Below are positions 28,240-38,360 of a stretch of DNA of 64,000 bases, piece by piece. Location: assembly GCA_018664485.1 (NCBI GenBank), contig JABJOE010000005.1, positions 15,581 through 79,580 of the forward strand, given 5' to 3'. The notes under the pieces are model-generated. The model searched no databases and had not been told where the DNA came from. It saw only the letters and a list, made by a program, of their open reading frames with translations. The stretch is from Candidatus Uhrbacteria bacterium (GTDB taxonomy: Bacteria; Patescibacteriota; Patescibacteriia; UBA9934). The translations under genes and the position numbers were made by a program. Position 1 is the first letter of the stretch, and each line of letters opens with the position of its first letter.

Positions 28240-29523
28240 ATGAATATTTGTGTAATTGGAACAGGATACGTTGGACTGGTTGGCGGGGCGTGTTTGGCCG
28301 ATCGTGGTCATAAAGTCACATGCGTTGATATAGATACTGACAAGATAGCTCGCCTCTTGAAGGGTGAGTTGCCTATTTTTGAGCCAGGACTAGACGAAAT
28401 TGTTGCAAGAAACATGAAAGAAGGTCGGTTAATATGTACTACTTCATATAAGGAGGGCGCAAAGGATGCAGAAATCTTCTTTATTACAGTGGGAACTCCT
28501 CCAAAAGAAAACGGGGAAGCGGATCTTCAGTATGTGTATAAGGTGGCTGAGCAGATTGGTCAGCATATGAATGGATACGCCGTGGTTGTTGGAAAGAGTA
28601 CAGTTCCCGTTGGAACGAATCGGCGCGTAAAGGAGATCATTGCAGAGCAGTACAGCGGAGAGTTTGATATCGCCAGCAATCCAGAATTTTTAAGAGAGGG
28701 GTCGGCAGTTGATGATTTTATGAATCCGGACAGAATTGTTGTTGGAGTTGAAGCGGATCGTGCAAAAAAAGAAATGGAAAAAGTTTATGAAAGTTTTGAA
28801 TGTCCAAAGTTATTTCTAGACATAGAATCTGCCGAGATGGTGAAGTATGCATCCAATGCATTTTTAGCGACAAAGATTTCGTTTATTAACGAGATTGCAA
28901 ATGTGTGTGAGCAAGTTGGTGCGTCAGTTGATAATGTTGCGAAAGGTATGGGACTCGACGCGCGCATTGGTCCGCATTTTCTTCAAGCGGGAATTGGATA
29001 CGGTGGTTCGTGTTTTCCAAAGGATGTTCGCGCACTTGCGCAAACTGCGGGGACTAACGGATATGATTTTAAATTACTACGGAGTGTAATTGATGTAAAT
29101 CAACATCAGCAGTTGCATTTCTTGGAACGCATGCGCAAGCAGCTTGGTGGGTTCGCTTCAAAAACCATTGGAGTTTGGGGGCTGGCATTTAAACCTAATA
29201 CAGATGATATCCGCGAATCTGTAGCGCTTGAGATGATAGAGCAAATTATTAAAGAAGGTGGTTTGGTTCAGGCTTATGACCCAAGGGCGATAGAAAATGT
29301 GAAAAAAGAAGCTCCTCAAGTGACCTGTGTTGATTCGGCGCAGTGTGCAGCTCACGGTGCAGACGCTCTTTTGATTGCAACGCAATGGGATGAGTTCAAT
29401 ATTGTTGATTTATCGCAAGTAAAAGCGAATATGCGAGGGGATATTATTTTTGATGGGCGAAATATGCTCGATCCAGATTTTGTGCGTAAGCAAGGTTTTA
29501 TATATTTCAGTATTGGAAGATAG
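28240..29523 (+). CDS. ugd: UDP-glucose 6-dehydrogenase (UDP-glucose/GDP-mannose dehydrogenase family)
   Basis: MNICVIGTGYVGLVGGACLA NAD fold, GGSCFPKDV catalytic Cys; start set at 28240 (track ORF begins upstream at 28144). Confidence 0.9.
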   Translation: MNICVIGTGYVGLVGGACLADRGHKVTCVDIDTDKIARLLKGELPIFEPGLDEIVARNMKEGRLICTTSYKEGAKDAEIFFITVGTPPKENGEADLQYVYKVAEQIGQHMNGYAVVVGKSTVPVGTNRRVKEIIAEQYSGEFDIASNPEFLREGSAVDDFMNPDRIVVGVEADRAKKEMEKVYESFECPKLFLDIESAEMVKYASNAFLATKISFINEIANVCEQVGASVDNVAKGMGLDARIGPHFLQAGIGYGGSCFPKDVRALAQTAGTNGYDFKLLRSVIDVNQHQQLHFLERMRKQLGGFASKTIGVWGLAFKPNTDDIRESVALEMIEQIIKEGGLVQAYDPRAIENVKKEAPQVTCVDSAQCAAHGADALLIATQWDEFNIVDLSQVKANMRGDIIFDGRNMLDPDFVRKQGFIYFSIGR

Positions 29524-29870
29524 AGATTTTTTTGTTTATTTTGCGTAGTTGTGTGGATAAAAAGTATAGAAGAGCATCGATTTGATATACAATGTAGGCC
29601 ATAAGGGTAGTACGTATTGTTATGTTTATTTTCAATATGTCTATCTATTTACCTACCTATTTGTTTATGTACCGAGTGATACTAACGAAGTCACAAGTTA
29701 CCTCAGTTCTCATTAATTATCAGTCCAGAGCAATCTTGTATAAAACGAAACGTTTTTAAACTCATGATAGGACGACACTAAAGGTACACACACGGTAGAG
29801 GTAAAATACTTTGTAAAATTAATAAGCATGTCTGCGCCACTCGCTGGCAACGGCAGCAGTTCAAAAAAAT

Positions 29871-32800
29871 ATGACTCATAAATTAAAACAAAATTTCTTC
29901 CGTATTCTACCGATTTGGGTAGCGGGATGTTTGATTCTTTCAACGGCACTTATGTTCTGGGGAGGAATTAGTACACAAGACGCGAGTGCCGCAGCCCTCG
30001 GATCACCAAATGTAGAGCCTGCAACATTGGTTGCTGGTGCGACTGGAACAGCAACAATCACATTTACGACAACGACGACTATTCCAGCTGACGGAAAAAT
30101 TAAAGTTACCTTCCCGTCTGGATTTGACGTTACAGGTGCTACTGCTGGAGCGTGTCCTTCTATGGACGGTAACTTCGCTACCGCGATTGACGGTCAAGAG
30201 GTTACTCTTACTCGATCAACTGGAAACCCTGAAACGGCAAATGTAGAGTCGTGTACTATCGATGGAATTGTTAACCCACTCTATGCTGGGTCGACAGGAG
30301 TATACGGAATCGAAACTACTAACGGATCAGATGTGCAGGCTGATGTTGACGCGGCAGTTTCCGCTGACACTATCGTCGCAACTGATGCTGCTGCGACTAT
30401 CGTAGTTGCTGCTCCAACAGTTGGTGCTGCTGGCGACGTAACTGTTACATTGACACCGAACCTTGCAACGGACGCAGATGATACGCTAGACATTACTTTC
30501 CCTGCTTTCATGAATGTATCAAGCGTAGCCTCTGCGGTTACTGGTACTTTGGAAAACGGTGGAGAGATTACTTGTGCAGATGCTGGATCACAGGTCGTTA
30601 CCTGTACAGTTATCTCAGGAACTCCGCTCACAGCGAGTTCTACGATCATCATGACTGGAATTACTTCCTATTATGTAGGATCAACCGACGTGACTCTTCT
30701 GGAAATTGAAGACGAAGGAGTCGCTGCAAACGATATTGCAACAGATACGTCTGTCGCTATGACGGACATCACGGCCGCAGATGCTGCAGCGAGCGTGGCT
30801 CTCGGAGCTGCAACTGTTGGTGCTACTGGCGATGTTACCCTTACATTGACTTCAACTGTTCAGTTGGACGCAGATGACACAATTGACGTTACTTTCCCCG
30901 CGTACATGAATGTATCAAGTGTAGCCTCTGCGGTTACTGGTACATTTGAGAACGGAGGTGAGATTACTTGTGCAGACGCTGGATCACAGGTTGTTACCTG
31001 TACTGTTATCTCAGGAGCTCCACTACTATCAAGTGGAACAATCGTTATGACAGGAATCACTTCCTACTATGTGGGAACTACAGATATTACCTCTCTGGAA
31101 ATTGAAGACGAAGGATCTGCTTCAAACGACATTGCAACAGATACTTCCACAGCTCTTACAGACATTACTGCAGCCGATGCTGCTGCGACTATCGTAGTTG
31201 CCACTCCAACAGTTGGTGGAGTAGGTACAGTAACGGTTACCTTGACTCCAACTGTTCAGTTGGATGCAGATGACACATTGGACATTACTTTCCCTGCTTT
31301 CATCGATGTATCAAGCGTAGCCTCTGCGGTTACCGGTACTTTGGAGAACGGTGGTGAGATTACTTGTGCAGATGCTGGATCACAGGTTGTGACTTGTACA
31401 GTTATCTCAGGATCTCCACTATTATCGAGTGGAACGATCATCATGACTGGAATTTCATCTCTATATATAGGGTCAACGGACGTCACAGTGTTGGAGATTG
31501 AAGATGAAGGAGCTTCCGCAAACGATATTGCGACAGATACTTCCACAGCTCTTACAGACATTACTGCAGCCGATGCTGCTGCGACTATCGTAGTTGCTGC
31601 TCCAACAGTTGGTGGAGTTGGTGACGTAACTGTTACATTGACAACGACTGTTGCGACGGATGCAGACGACACATTGGACATTACTTTCCCAGCTTTCATG
31701 GACATATCAAGCGTAGCCTCTGCGGTTACCGGTACTTTGGAGAACGGAGGTGAGATTACTTGTGTAGATGCTGGATCACAGGTTGTTACTTGTACAGTTA
31801 TCTCAGGATCTCCACTATTATCGAGTGGAACGATCATCATGACAGGAATCACTTCCGACTATGCAGGATCAACTAATGTTACAACTTTTGCAGTTGAAGA
31901 TGAAGGTGTCGGTGCAAACGATATTGCTGCAGACAGTGATGTAGCTTTGACAGATATTACGGCAGCAGACGCTGCTGCAAGTATCGTTGTTGCTACTCCA
32001 ACAGTTGGTGGAGTAGGTACAGTGACTGTTACTTTGACCACTACTGTTGCTACAGACGCGGACGACACATTGGACATTGCTTTCCCAGCTTTCATGGACA
32101 TATCAAGCGTAGCCTCTGCGGTTACTGGTACATTTGAGAACTCTGGAGAGATTACTTGTGCAGATGCTGGATCACAGGTCGTTACCTGTACAGTTATCTC
32201 AGGATCTCCACTACTTACAAGTTCTACGATCATCATGACAGGAATCACTTCCGACTATGTAGGATCAACTAATGTTACAGCTTTCGCAGTTGAAGATGAA
32301 GGTGTCGGTGCAAATGACATTGCTGCAGACAGTGATGTAGCTTTGACAGATATTACTGCAGCAGACGCTGCTGCGACCGTAGTCGTTGCAACTCCAACCG
32401 TTGGTGGTGTAGGTACCGTAACCGTTACCTTGACTACAACTGTTGCATTGGACGCGGATGATACGATCGACATCACATTCCCTAACCAAATGGACGTTGG
32501 AGCAGTTGCATCAGCTGTTACTGGTACTTTGGAGAATGGAGGTGAGATTACTTGTGCAGATTCCGCTCAGGTTGTGACTTGTACTGTTATCTCAGGATCT
32601 CCACTACTAACAAGTGCCACGATCATCATGACGGGAATTACTTCTTACAATGCTGGGTCAACAGACATTACTACCTTCGAAATTGAGGACGAAGGGGTGG
32701 CTGCAAATGACATTGCAACTGATAGTGCTGTAGCATTGACAGACATCACTGCGGCGGCATTGACATCAACAAACGTGCAGCCATCAACGACGATCGTTGG

Positions 32801-33995
32801 TCAAACACAAACAAATACAATTAGTTTTACAACAGTGTCAACTATTGTTGCTACTGGAAAGATTGTTATAACGTATCCGGCAGGATTCGACGTATCTGGA
32901 GCAGTTTCTGGAACATGTAGTTCAATGGATGGTTCATTCGCTACGGCGGTTGCAAGTCAGGTTGTGACAATCACTAGAAGCGGAGGTGGGTCGCAGACGG
33001 GTGCTGCTGAAACATGTACAGTTGCCGGAATCGTTAACCCAACAGTGGCTGGATCGGCAGGTACGTATACGATTACAACGACTACAGCGAGTGACGTTGA
33101 GCTTGATACTGATGCGGCCGTAGCGGCGGACACTTTCCAGGCTGCTTCATCCGGAGGAGGCGGAGGAGGTGGAGGATCTTCATCAAGTAGTTCAGATGAC
33201 GACGAAGATGAAGACGAGGATGCTGTAGAGGTAGAAGAAGGCGATGACTCTACAACGTCTTACGAGGTTGGAACTCCAACAGCATTGAGCGTCGGAGACG
33301 CTGAGCATACAGTTACTGTTATCGAAGCAACAGAAGATGAATGTACTCTAACGGTTGAGTCTGACCCAGTTACAGTCACTGTGCAGACTGGTGAGTCAGA
33401 AGACATCGACACAGATGGAGACGGAATCGATGATCTACGAGTTACATATGACGGATTAGACGACGAAGGAGACGCTGAGCTTACATTCACAGAGCTAGAA
33501 GTTTCTCTGGAGTGCGAGATGCCAAGCGGTGACGACATTACAACCGTAGAAGCTGGAGACTTCATTAAGAGCGATAGTTTCTCAGCAGTTTACTATGTGA
33601 CATCTGACTGTGGACGACGAGTCTTCATGGACGAAAAGACTTACTTCACATGGCAGGATGATTACGACAATCTAGTAGAAGTAACAGATGAAACACTTTC
33701 TGAACTTTCACTTGATGGAGTAATGCTTCCAAAGGCAGGTACTGTTCTTGTAAAGATTCAGTCTGATCCGAAGGTTTATGCCCTAGGAGCTGGATCAACT
33801 TACAGCCCTGACTTGCAGTGGGTAAGTGACGAAGATGTTGCAATTGATCTCTTCGGAGATGATTGGGCAGACTACGTGATCGACATTGAGCCAACATTCT
33901 TCAACAAGTTTGGAGTAGGTGACGACATCGAAAGTGCAGAAGACTTCGATGCAGACATCGACGATATGAAGAAACGAGTTGACCTCGCAAGCTAG
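29871..33995 (+). CDS. giant (1374 aa) Thr/Ala/Val-rich cell-surface repeat protein with N-terminal signal/TM, six ~132-aa tandem repeats, poly-Gly/Ser/Asp/Glu linker and acidic C-terminal domain
   Basis: Repeat unit A(A/T)PTVG..G.VTVTLT....DADDTLDITFPAFM.VSSVASAVTGTLENGGEITCADAGSQVVTCTVISG x6; related N- and C-proximal domains. Confidence 0.8.
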   Translation: MTHKLKQNFFRILPIWVAGCLILSTALMFWGGISTQDASAAALGSPNVEPATLVAGATGTATITFTTTTTIPADGKIKVTFPSGFDVTGATAGACPSMDGNFATAIDGQEVTLTRSTGNPETANVESCTIDGIVNPLYAGSTGVYGIETTNGSDVQADVDAAVSADTIVATDAAATIVVAAPTVGAAGDVTVTLTPNLATDADDTLDITFPAFMNVSSVASAVTGTLENGGEITCADAGSQVVTCTVISGTPLTASSTIIMTGITSYYVGSTDVTLLEIEDEGVAANDIATDTSVAMTDITAADAAASVALGAATVGATGDVTLTLTSTVQLDADDTIDVTFPAYMNVSSVASAVTGTFENGGEITCADAGSQVVTCTVISGAPLLSSGTIVMTGITSYYVGTTDITSLEIEDEGSASNDIATDTSTALTDITAADAAATIVVATPTVGGVGTVTVTLTPTVQLDADDTLDITFPAFIDVSSVASAVTGTLENGGEITCADAGSQVVTCTVISGSPLLSSGTIIMTGISSLYIGSTDVTVLEIEDEGASANDIATDTSTALTDITAADAAATIVVAAPTVGGVGDVTVTLTTTVATDADDTLDITFPAFMDISSVASAVTGTLENGGEITCVDAGSQVVTCTVISGSPLLSSGTIIMTGITSDYAGSTNVTTFAVEDEGVGANDIAADSDVALTDITAADAAASIVVATPTVGGVGTVTVTLTTTVATDADDTLDIAFPAFMDISSVASAVTGTFENSGEITCADAGSQVVTCTVISGSPLLTSSTIIMTGITSDYVGSTNVTAFAVEDEGVGANDIAADSDVALTDITAADAAATVVVATPTVGGVGTVTVTLTTTVALDADDTIDITFPNQMDVGAVASAVTGTLENGGEITCADSAQVVTCTVISGSPLLTSATIIMTGITSYNAGSTDITTFEIEDEGVAANDIATDSAVALTDITAAALTSTNVQPSTTIVGQTQTNTISFTTVSTIVATGKIVITYPAGFDVSGAVSGTCSSMDGSFATAVASQVVTITRSGGGSQTGAAETCTVAGIVNPTVAGSAGTYTITTTTASDVELDTDAAVAADTFQAASSGGGGGGGGSSSSSSDDDEDEDEDAVEVEEGDDSTTSYEVGTPTALSVGDAEHTVTVIEATEDECTLTVESDPVTVTVQTGESEDIDTDGDGIDDLRVTYDGLDDEGDAELTFTELEVSLECEMPSGDDITTVEAGDFIKSDSFSAVYYVTSDCGRRVFMDEKTYFTWQDDYDNLVEVTDETLSELSLDGVMLPKAGTVLVKIQSDPKVYALGAGSTYSPDLQWVSDEDVAIDLFGDDWADYVIDIEPTFFNKFGVGDDIESAEDFDADIDDMKKRVDLAS
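30381..32757 (+). repeat. six tandem ~396-bp coding repeats inside the giant surface protein gene
   Basis: near-identical nucleotide blocks (e.g. gcctctgcggttac[ct]ggtac repeated each ~396 bp). Confidence 0.8.
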
Positions 33996-34005
33996 AATAT
34001 AAAAA

Positions 34006-34038
34006 TCACCTCCGGCGAAAGCTGGGGGTGTTTTTGTT
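34006..34038 (+). terminator. rho-independent terminator CACCTCCGGC-GAAA-GCTGGGGGTG + T5
   Basis: 10-bp stem, GNRA loop, TTTTTGTTTG. Confidence 0.75.
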
Positions 34039-34074
34039 TGCGAAATAGTTTAATTCTCGTGCTATACTGTTTGC

Positions 34075-35199
34075 ATGTTTGAACTGAAAAATACAACAGG
34101 GCGTGCTCGTAGTGGAGTGGTTCGTACCGCACATGGCAGCATGCAGACACCGTTTTTCATGCCTATAGCGACAAAGGGGGCTGTGAAGACTTTGGCGGCG
34201 TCTGAGGTGCAAGATTTGGGTGCACAAATTATTCTATCCAACACATATCATCTTTTATTGCGACCTGGGTCAGATGGTATGAAGAAGTTGGGTGGCCTAC
34301 ATAAGCTGATGCATTGGGATGGGCCGATTTTGACCGACAGTGGTGGCTACCAGGTATTCAGTCTTTCAAAGCTCAACAAAACAACTGAAGACGGTGTTTC
34401 GTTTCAGTCGCATATTGATGGCACAAAAATAACCCTCACACCCGAGGGTTCTATGGCTATGCAGTCGGTAATTGGGGCTGACATTATTATGCAGTTCGAT
34501 GACGTTGCAGCCGGAGACTCCACGCGCAAGCGTTATAAAGAGGCGATGGAGCTTTCACTACGTTGGGCACAGCGATGTAAAGATAGTTACGATGAAAAGC
34601 AGCAGTTGTTTGCAATTGTTCAGGGTGGTACTCACGAAGACCTACGTGAAGAATCAGCGAAAGGACTAATCAAAATTGGTTTTGACGGATATGCAATTGG
34701 TGGACTTTCCGTTGGAGAAAGTCGAGATGATGCTTTTCGTATTGCGAAGAGAGTTTGTGAAATCCTGCCAGCTGACAAACCTCGCTACTTCATGGGTGGT
34801 GGTATGCCCGAGGAGATTGTCTACTACGTAAGTATTGGTGTGGATATGTTTGACTGCGTGTTACCAACGCGCAATGCAAGACATGGAACATTATTTTTGT
34901 GGAAGCAGGATCCGAAAGAGGCGGTACGTGAAGCGTTGATGTTAGCGCAAGATGGAGCTGCAGACACTCGTATTGCAGAGGCTCTTTACCAAAAAATTCA
35001 GATAACACGATCAACTTTCGAGTTTGATCAGTCCCCAATTGATAAGCTTAACGATACGGTTTCGACTTCATCTACATACACCAAAGCGTATCTCAGACAT
35101 CTTCTTAAAACTGACGAGATGCTTGGGTACAGACTTGCCACACAACAAAACCTTGGTTTTTATTTCCGACTAATGAAAGAGCTGCGATCTCTGTTATAA
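34075..35199 (+). CDS. tgt: tRNA-guanine transglycosylase (queuine tRNA-ribosyltransferase) lacking the C-terminal zinc-binding Cys cluster
   Basis: Full-length Tgt similarity (GRARSGVVRTAHGSMQTPFFMPIATKGAVKTL, QGGT, GYAIGGLSVGE); where CxCxxC...H normally sits the sequence reads STSSTYTKAYLRHL. Confidence 0.85.
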   Translation: MFELKNTTGRARSGVVRTAHGSMQTPFFMPIATKGAVKTLAASEVQDLGAQIILSNTYHLLLRPGSDGMKKLGGLHKLMHWDGPILTDSGGYQVFSLSKLNKTTEDGVSFQSHIDGTKITLTPEGSMAMQSVIGADIIMQFDDVAAGDSTRKRYKEAMELSLRWAQRCKDSYDEKQQLFAIVQGGTHEDLREESAKGLIKIGFDGYAIGGLSVGESRDDAFRIAKRVCEILPADKPRYFMGGGMPEEIVYYVSIGVDMFDCVLPTRNARHGTLFLWKQDPKEAVREALMLAQDGAADTRIAEALYQKIQITRSTFEFDQSPIDKLNDTVSTSSTYTKAYLRHLLKTDEMLGYRLATQQNLGFYFRLMKELRSLL

Positions 35200-35206
35200 T
35201 AGATTC

Positions 35207-35578
35207 ATGTCTACCTTTGTTTTAGGTCTACGATATTTTTTCATTGATTTAGTTGGCGGTGTTATTCGCTGGCCTGTTTGGTGGTATACCAAGGGGCTGG
35301 CTTTTATGGTGCAAATGGCTATCGGTACTTTGAGTGGGTACTCGCGAACGCTTGCTATTCGAGTGTGGGTGAAGAATATCTTTGTGCCGATGTTTGGAAT
35401 GTATGATTGGCAGAGTAGGATCATTAGTTTCTTCATGCGTGTTGCGCAAATTATCGGACGTTCCATCGCAATGTTGGTTATGTTTATTTTGGCAATCGTA
35501 GCGCTTGCATTATATGTTGTAATTTTGCCAATTACGGTTGGGCTGGTTGTTTATAATTTTACCGGTGCGTTAATTTAG
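35207..35578 (+). CDS. hypothetical multi-TM membrane protein
   Basis: 123-aa hydrophobic ORF. Confidence 0.5.
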   Translation: MSTFVLGLRYFFIDLVGGVIRWPVWWYTKGLAFMVQMAIGTLSGYSRTLAIRVWVKNIFVPMFGMYDWQSRIISFFMRVAQIIGRSIAMLVMFILAIVALALYVVILPITVGLVVYNFTGALI

Positions 35579-35599
35579 GGTGCGCCAAATATTTCTTAA

Positions 35600-38284
35600 A
35601 TGTCTAACTTGATAGGACAACTCGACGCAATACCTCCACAGAATGCTTCGGTTATTGAACCGGAGTCTCAGGATGGATACGCGGGGCTTGTGATAGAAGG
35701 GAAGTTTTGGCATTGGGATGAACCGATGTCTGAACCTGCCATTGCACTTCGTAAAATTCGCGATAAGGTTCAAAAGGCTATCAATGTTGCTGTAGCGGCG
35801 TTGGCTCTGGGGGCTGTGGCTTTGTTTGCGCTGATCCTCACATTTACAGAAGATAAAGCAGAAGCTATCACTCTTGAATATTGGGTTTCGCCTAATTTTG
35901 CATCGTTTGCGGTGTGGTCGGTTTTACTTTGTGTTCTTTTCCTTTTTTACCGTGTACAAGACAAGAAGTTGCGCGTGAAAACTATTCCAGAGCACAAAAA
36001 AGGGCCGGTATCGGAAGTACAGATGATTCCATCACTAGATGGCGTTGGTAAGAAGGAGAATATCGCAAACGTATTAACGGCAGACGCACGTGTATCGTTA
36101 GAAGAGGCGTATCAGCTTGCAAGGCAAAGTGGTCAAGCAGAGGTCGAAGCTATCCATATTTACTTAGGTTTACTTTCGAGCCCACCGGTGAGTCTGCTCT
36201 TTATGCGTCTGGGTGTGACGTTTGAGCAAATGAAAGGTGCATTGCGCCGTCGTTTAGCAACATTGCCAAAGGGTGATGCGAATTTCGGTTTGCCAGCACA
36301 TACTGTGGTCACAGAGGCTTTGCGTAATGCAGTTGAGCACGAGCGACCTCAGCTAAGTGCGATTGAACTATTTATTGAGTCATATAATGCTGATGAGTTT
36401 TTGCAGGAACTGATGTTCTCACTCGAGGTAGAAAAGCAGGAGTTGGAGAACGCTGTTATGTGGATTCGTATTAACGAGCAGTTGCAAGAGCGATACAAAG
36501 CATTCCGAGAAGCTGCGTCTTTCAAGCCGTCAAAGAACATGAACCGTTCTTATACCGCTGTAGCTACTCCGTTTTTAGATAAAGTTTCAAAAGATCTAAC
36601 TCGATCTGCCGTAATGGGTCGTTTGCCGATGTTGATTGGACGTGACCGGGAGATAACTGGAATCATGCGCGCAATTGAGGGTGGAAATAAGAGCGTTGTG
36701 CTTGTCGGGCCCCACGGTGTTGGAAAAGATGCCGTTGTTGCCGGAATTGCACAGCTGATGGTTGAGGAAAAAGTTCCAAAGATTCTGCAAGATAAGCGAT
36801 TAGTCAGTTTGTCGATCCCGCACATTGTAAGCGCGCAGGGTGGTGCAGGTGCTGAGGAGCGATTGCTATTTGCATTGCAAGAAATTGGCCGATCAGGAAA
36901 TATCGTTACAGTAATTGAAAACATCGATCAGATTGTTGGTTCGTCAGGTGGTGTGGATCTTTCATCTGTTCTGTCTTCGGAATTGGAGAAGGGTTATACA
37001 TTCGTTATTGGAACGTCGACTCCTCAAGGGTATACAGGTCTGATTGAGAAATCTATTTTAGGACAGCGTTTGGAAAAGATTATTATTGATGAACCTGAAC
37101 GCAATGATGCGATCATGGTTTTGGAGTCCAAGATTGGCGGCGTTGAGAATAAAAATAAAGTTGTTTTCACATATCCGTCAGTCGCGGCGTTGATTGATCT
37201 TTCAACTCGCTACATGCATGAGAGCTATTTGCCGGAGAAAGCGATTACTTTAGCGCAGGAGGTTGCAAACTCAGTTGCGAGGCGTGGAAAGGAATGGGCT
37301 CGTGTGATGCCGGAAGATGTAGCAGCTATTATTTCTGAAAAAACAAAGATTCCTATCACGCAGGTTGGGAAAGAAGAGGGTCAGAAGCTTTTGAACTTGG
37401 AAGACCGGATGCATGAGCGGATTATCGGTCAGGATGAGGCTGTGAAGGCCGTAGCGTCAGCCCTACGACGTGCGCGTGTTGAATTGCGCTCGAAGGATCG
37501 TCCTATTGCAAACTTCCTATTCCTTGGACCTACTGGTGTGGGTAAGACGGAGCTCGCAAAGACGACTGCGGAAGTGTATTTCGGGTCAGACACGAATATG
37601 CTTCGCTTTGATATGTCTGAGTACCAAGACAAGACGTCAATTGCCAGATTGATTGGTGCCGCAGGTGAGAGTGGACTTCTAACAGAAGCTGTTAGGCAGA
37701 ATCCGTTTGCTCTCCTATTGCTCGATGAGTTGGAAAAAGCTCATCCAGACATTCTAAACTTGTTCTTGCAGGTTATGGATGATGGTCGATTGACAGATGG
37801 CTCAGGGCGTACGATTGATTTTACAAATGTAATTTTGATTTCTACGTCTAATGCTGGAACACAATACATTCAAGATGCTGTGACGGAAGGTGTTGATGTA
37901 GTTGAGATGCGTGAGCATTTGATGAATAACGAATTGAAAAAGGTATATCGTCCTGAGTTCCTCAACCGTTTTGATGGTGTGATGGTCTTCAAGCCGTTGT
38001 CACAAGAAGATGTGGTTGCTATCGCATACTTGATGATCGATAAAGTTGGTAAGCGTTTGGAGGCTAAGGGAATTTCATTCCGTGCTTCAGATGAGGCGGT
38101 GCACGAGCTTGCTGTGAAGGGTTATGATCCTAAATTTGGTGCGCGTCCTTTGCGTCGTGTAATTCAAGACACGGTTGATAATTCTATTGCTGAGTTCTTG
38201 CTTCAAGGAAAGGTTGGTCGCCGCGATACTCTTGTACTCGCACCCGGTGGTGAGATTCAGGTTGAAAAAGCCGCCGAACTTTAG
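35600..38284 (+). CDS. membrane-anchored ClpC/ClpB-like AAA+ ATPase with degenerate D1 (GPHGVGKD, VIENID) and intact D2
   Basis: Two N-terminal TM helices, Clp_N-like repeat, D1 Walker A K-D instead of K-T/S and Walker B E-N instead of D-E; D2 LFLGPTGVGKTELAKT, LLLLDELEKAH, sensor-2 GARPLRR. Confidence 0.75.
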   Translation: MSNLIGQLDAIPPQNASVIEPESQDGYAGLVIEGKFWHWDEPMSEPAIALRKIRDKVQKAINVAVAALALGAVALFALILTFTEDKAEAITLEYWVSPNFASFAVWSVLLCVLFLFYRVQDKKLRVKTIPEHKKGPVSEVQMIPSLDGVGKKENIANVLTADARVSLEEAYQLARQSGQAEVEAIHIYLGLLSSPPVSLLFMRLGVTFEQMKGALRRRLATLPKGDANFGLPAHTVVTEALRNAVEHERPQLSAIELFIESYNADEFLQELMFSLEVEKQELENAVMWIRINEQLQERYKAFREAASFKPSKNMNRSYTAVATPFLDKVSKDLTRSAVMGRLPMLIGRDREITGIMRAIEGGNKSVVLVGPHGVGKDAVVAGIAQLMVEEKVPKILQDKRLVSLSIPHIVSAQGGAGAEERLLFALQEIGRSGNIVTVIENIDQIVGSSGGVDLSSVLSSELEKGYTFVIGTSTPQGYTGLIEKSILGQRLEKIIIDEPERNDAIMVLESKIGGVENKNKVVFTYPSVAALIDLSTRYMHESYLPEKAITLAQEVANSVARRGKEWARVMPEDVAAIISEKTKIPITQVGKEEGQKLLNLEDRMHERIIGQDEAVKAVASALRRARVELRSKDRPIANFLFLGPTGVGKTELAKTTAEVYFGSDTNMLRFDMSEYQDKTSIARLIGAAGESGLLTEAVRQNPFALLLLDELEKAHPDILNLFLQVMDDGRLTDGSGRTIDFTNVILISTSNAGTQYIQDAVTEGVDVVEMREHLMNNELKKVYRPEFLNRFDGVMVFKPLSQEDVVAIAYLMIDKVGKRLEAKGISFRASDEAVHELAVKGYDPKFGARPLRRVIQDTVDNSIAEFLLQGKVGRRDTLVLAPGGEIQVEKAAEL

Positions 38285-38360
38285 ATTTTACGAGATGCGC
38301 AGAACCCGCTTACCTCGAGGGGCAAGCGGGTTTCGGTTATCCGGATGTCGGCGCCGGATA

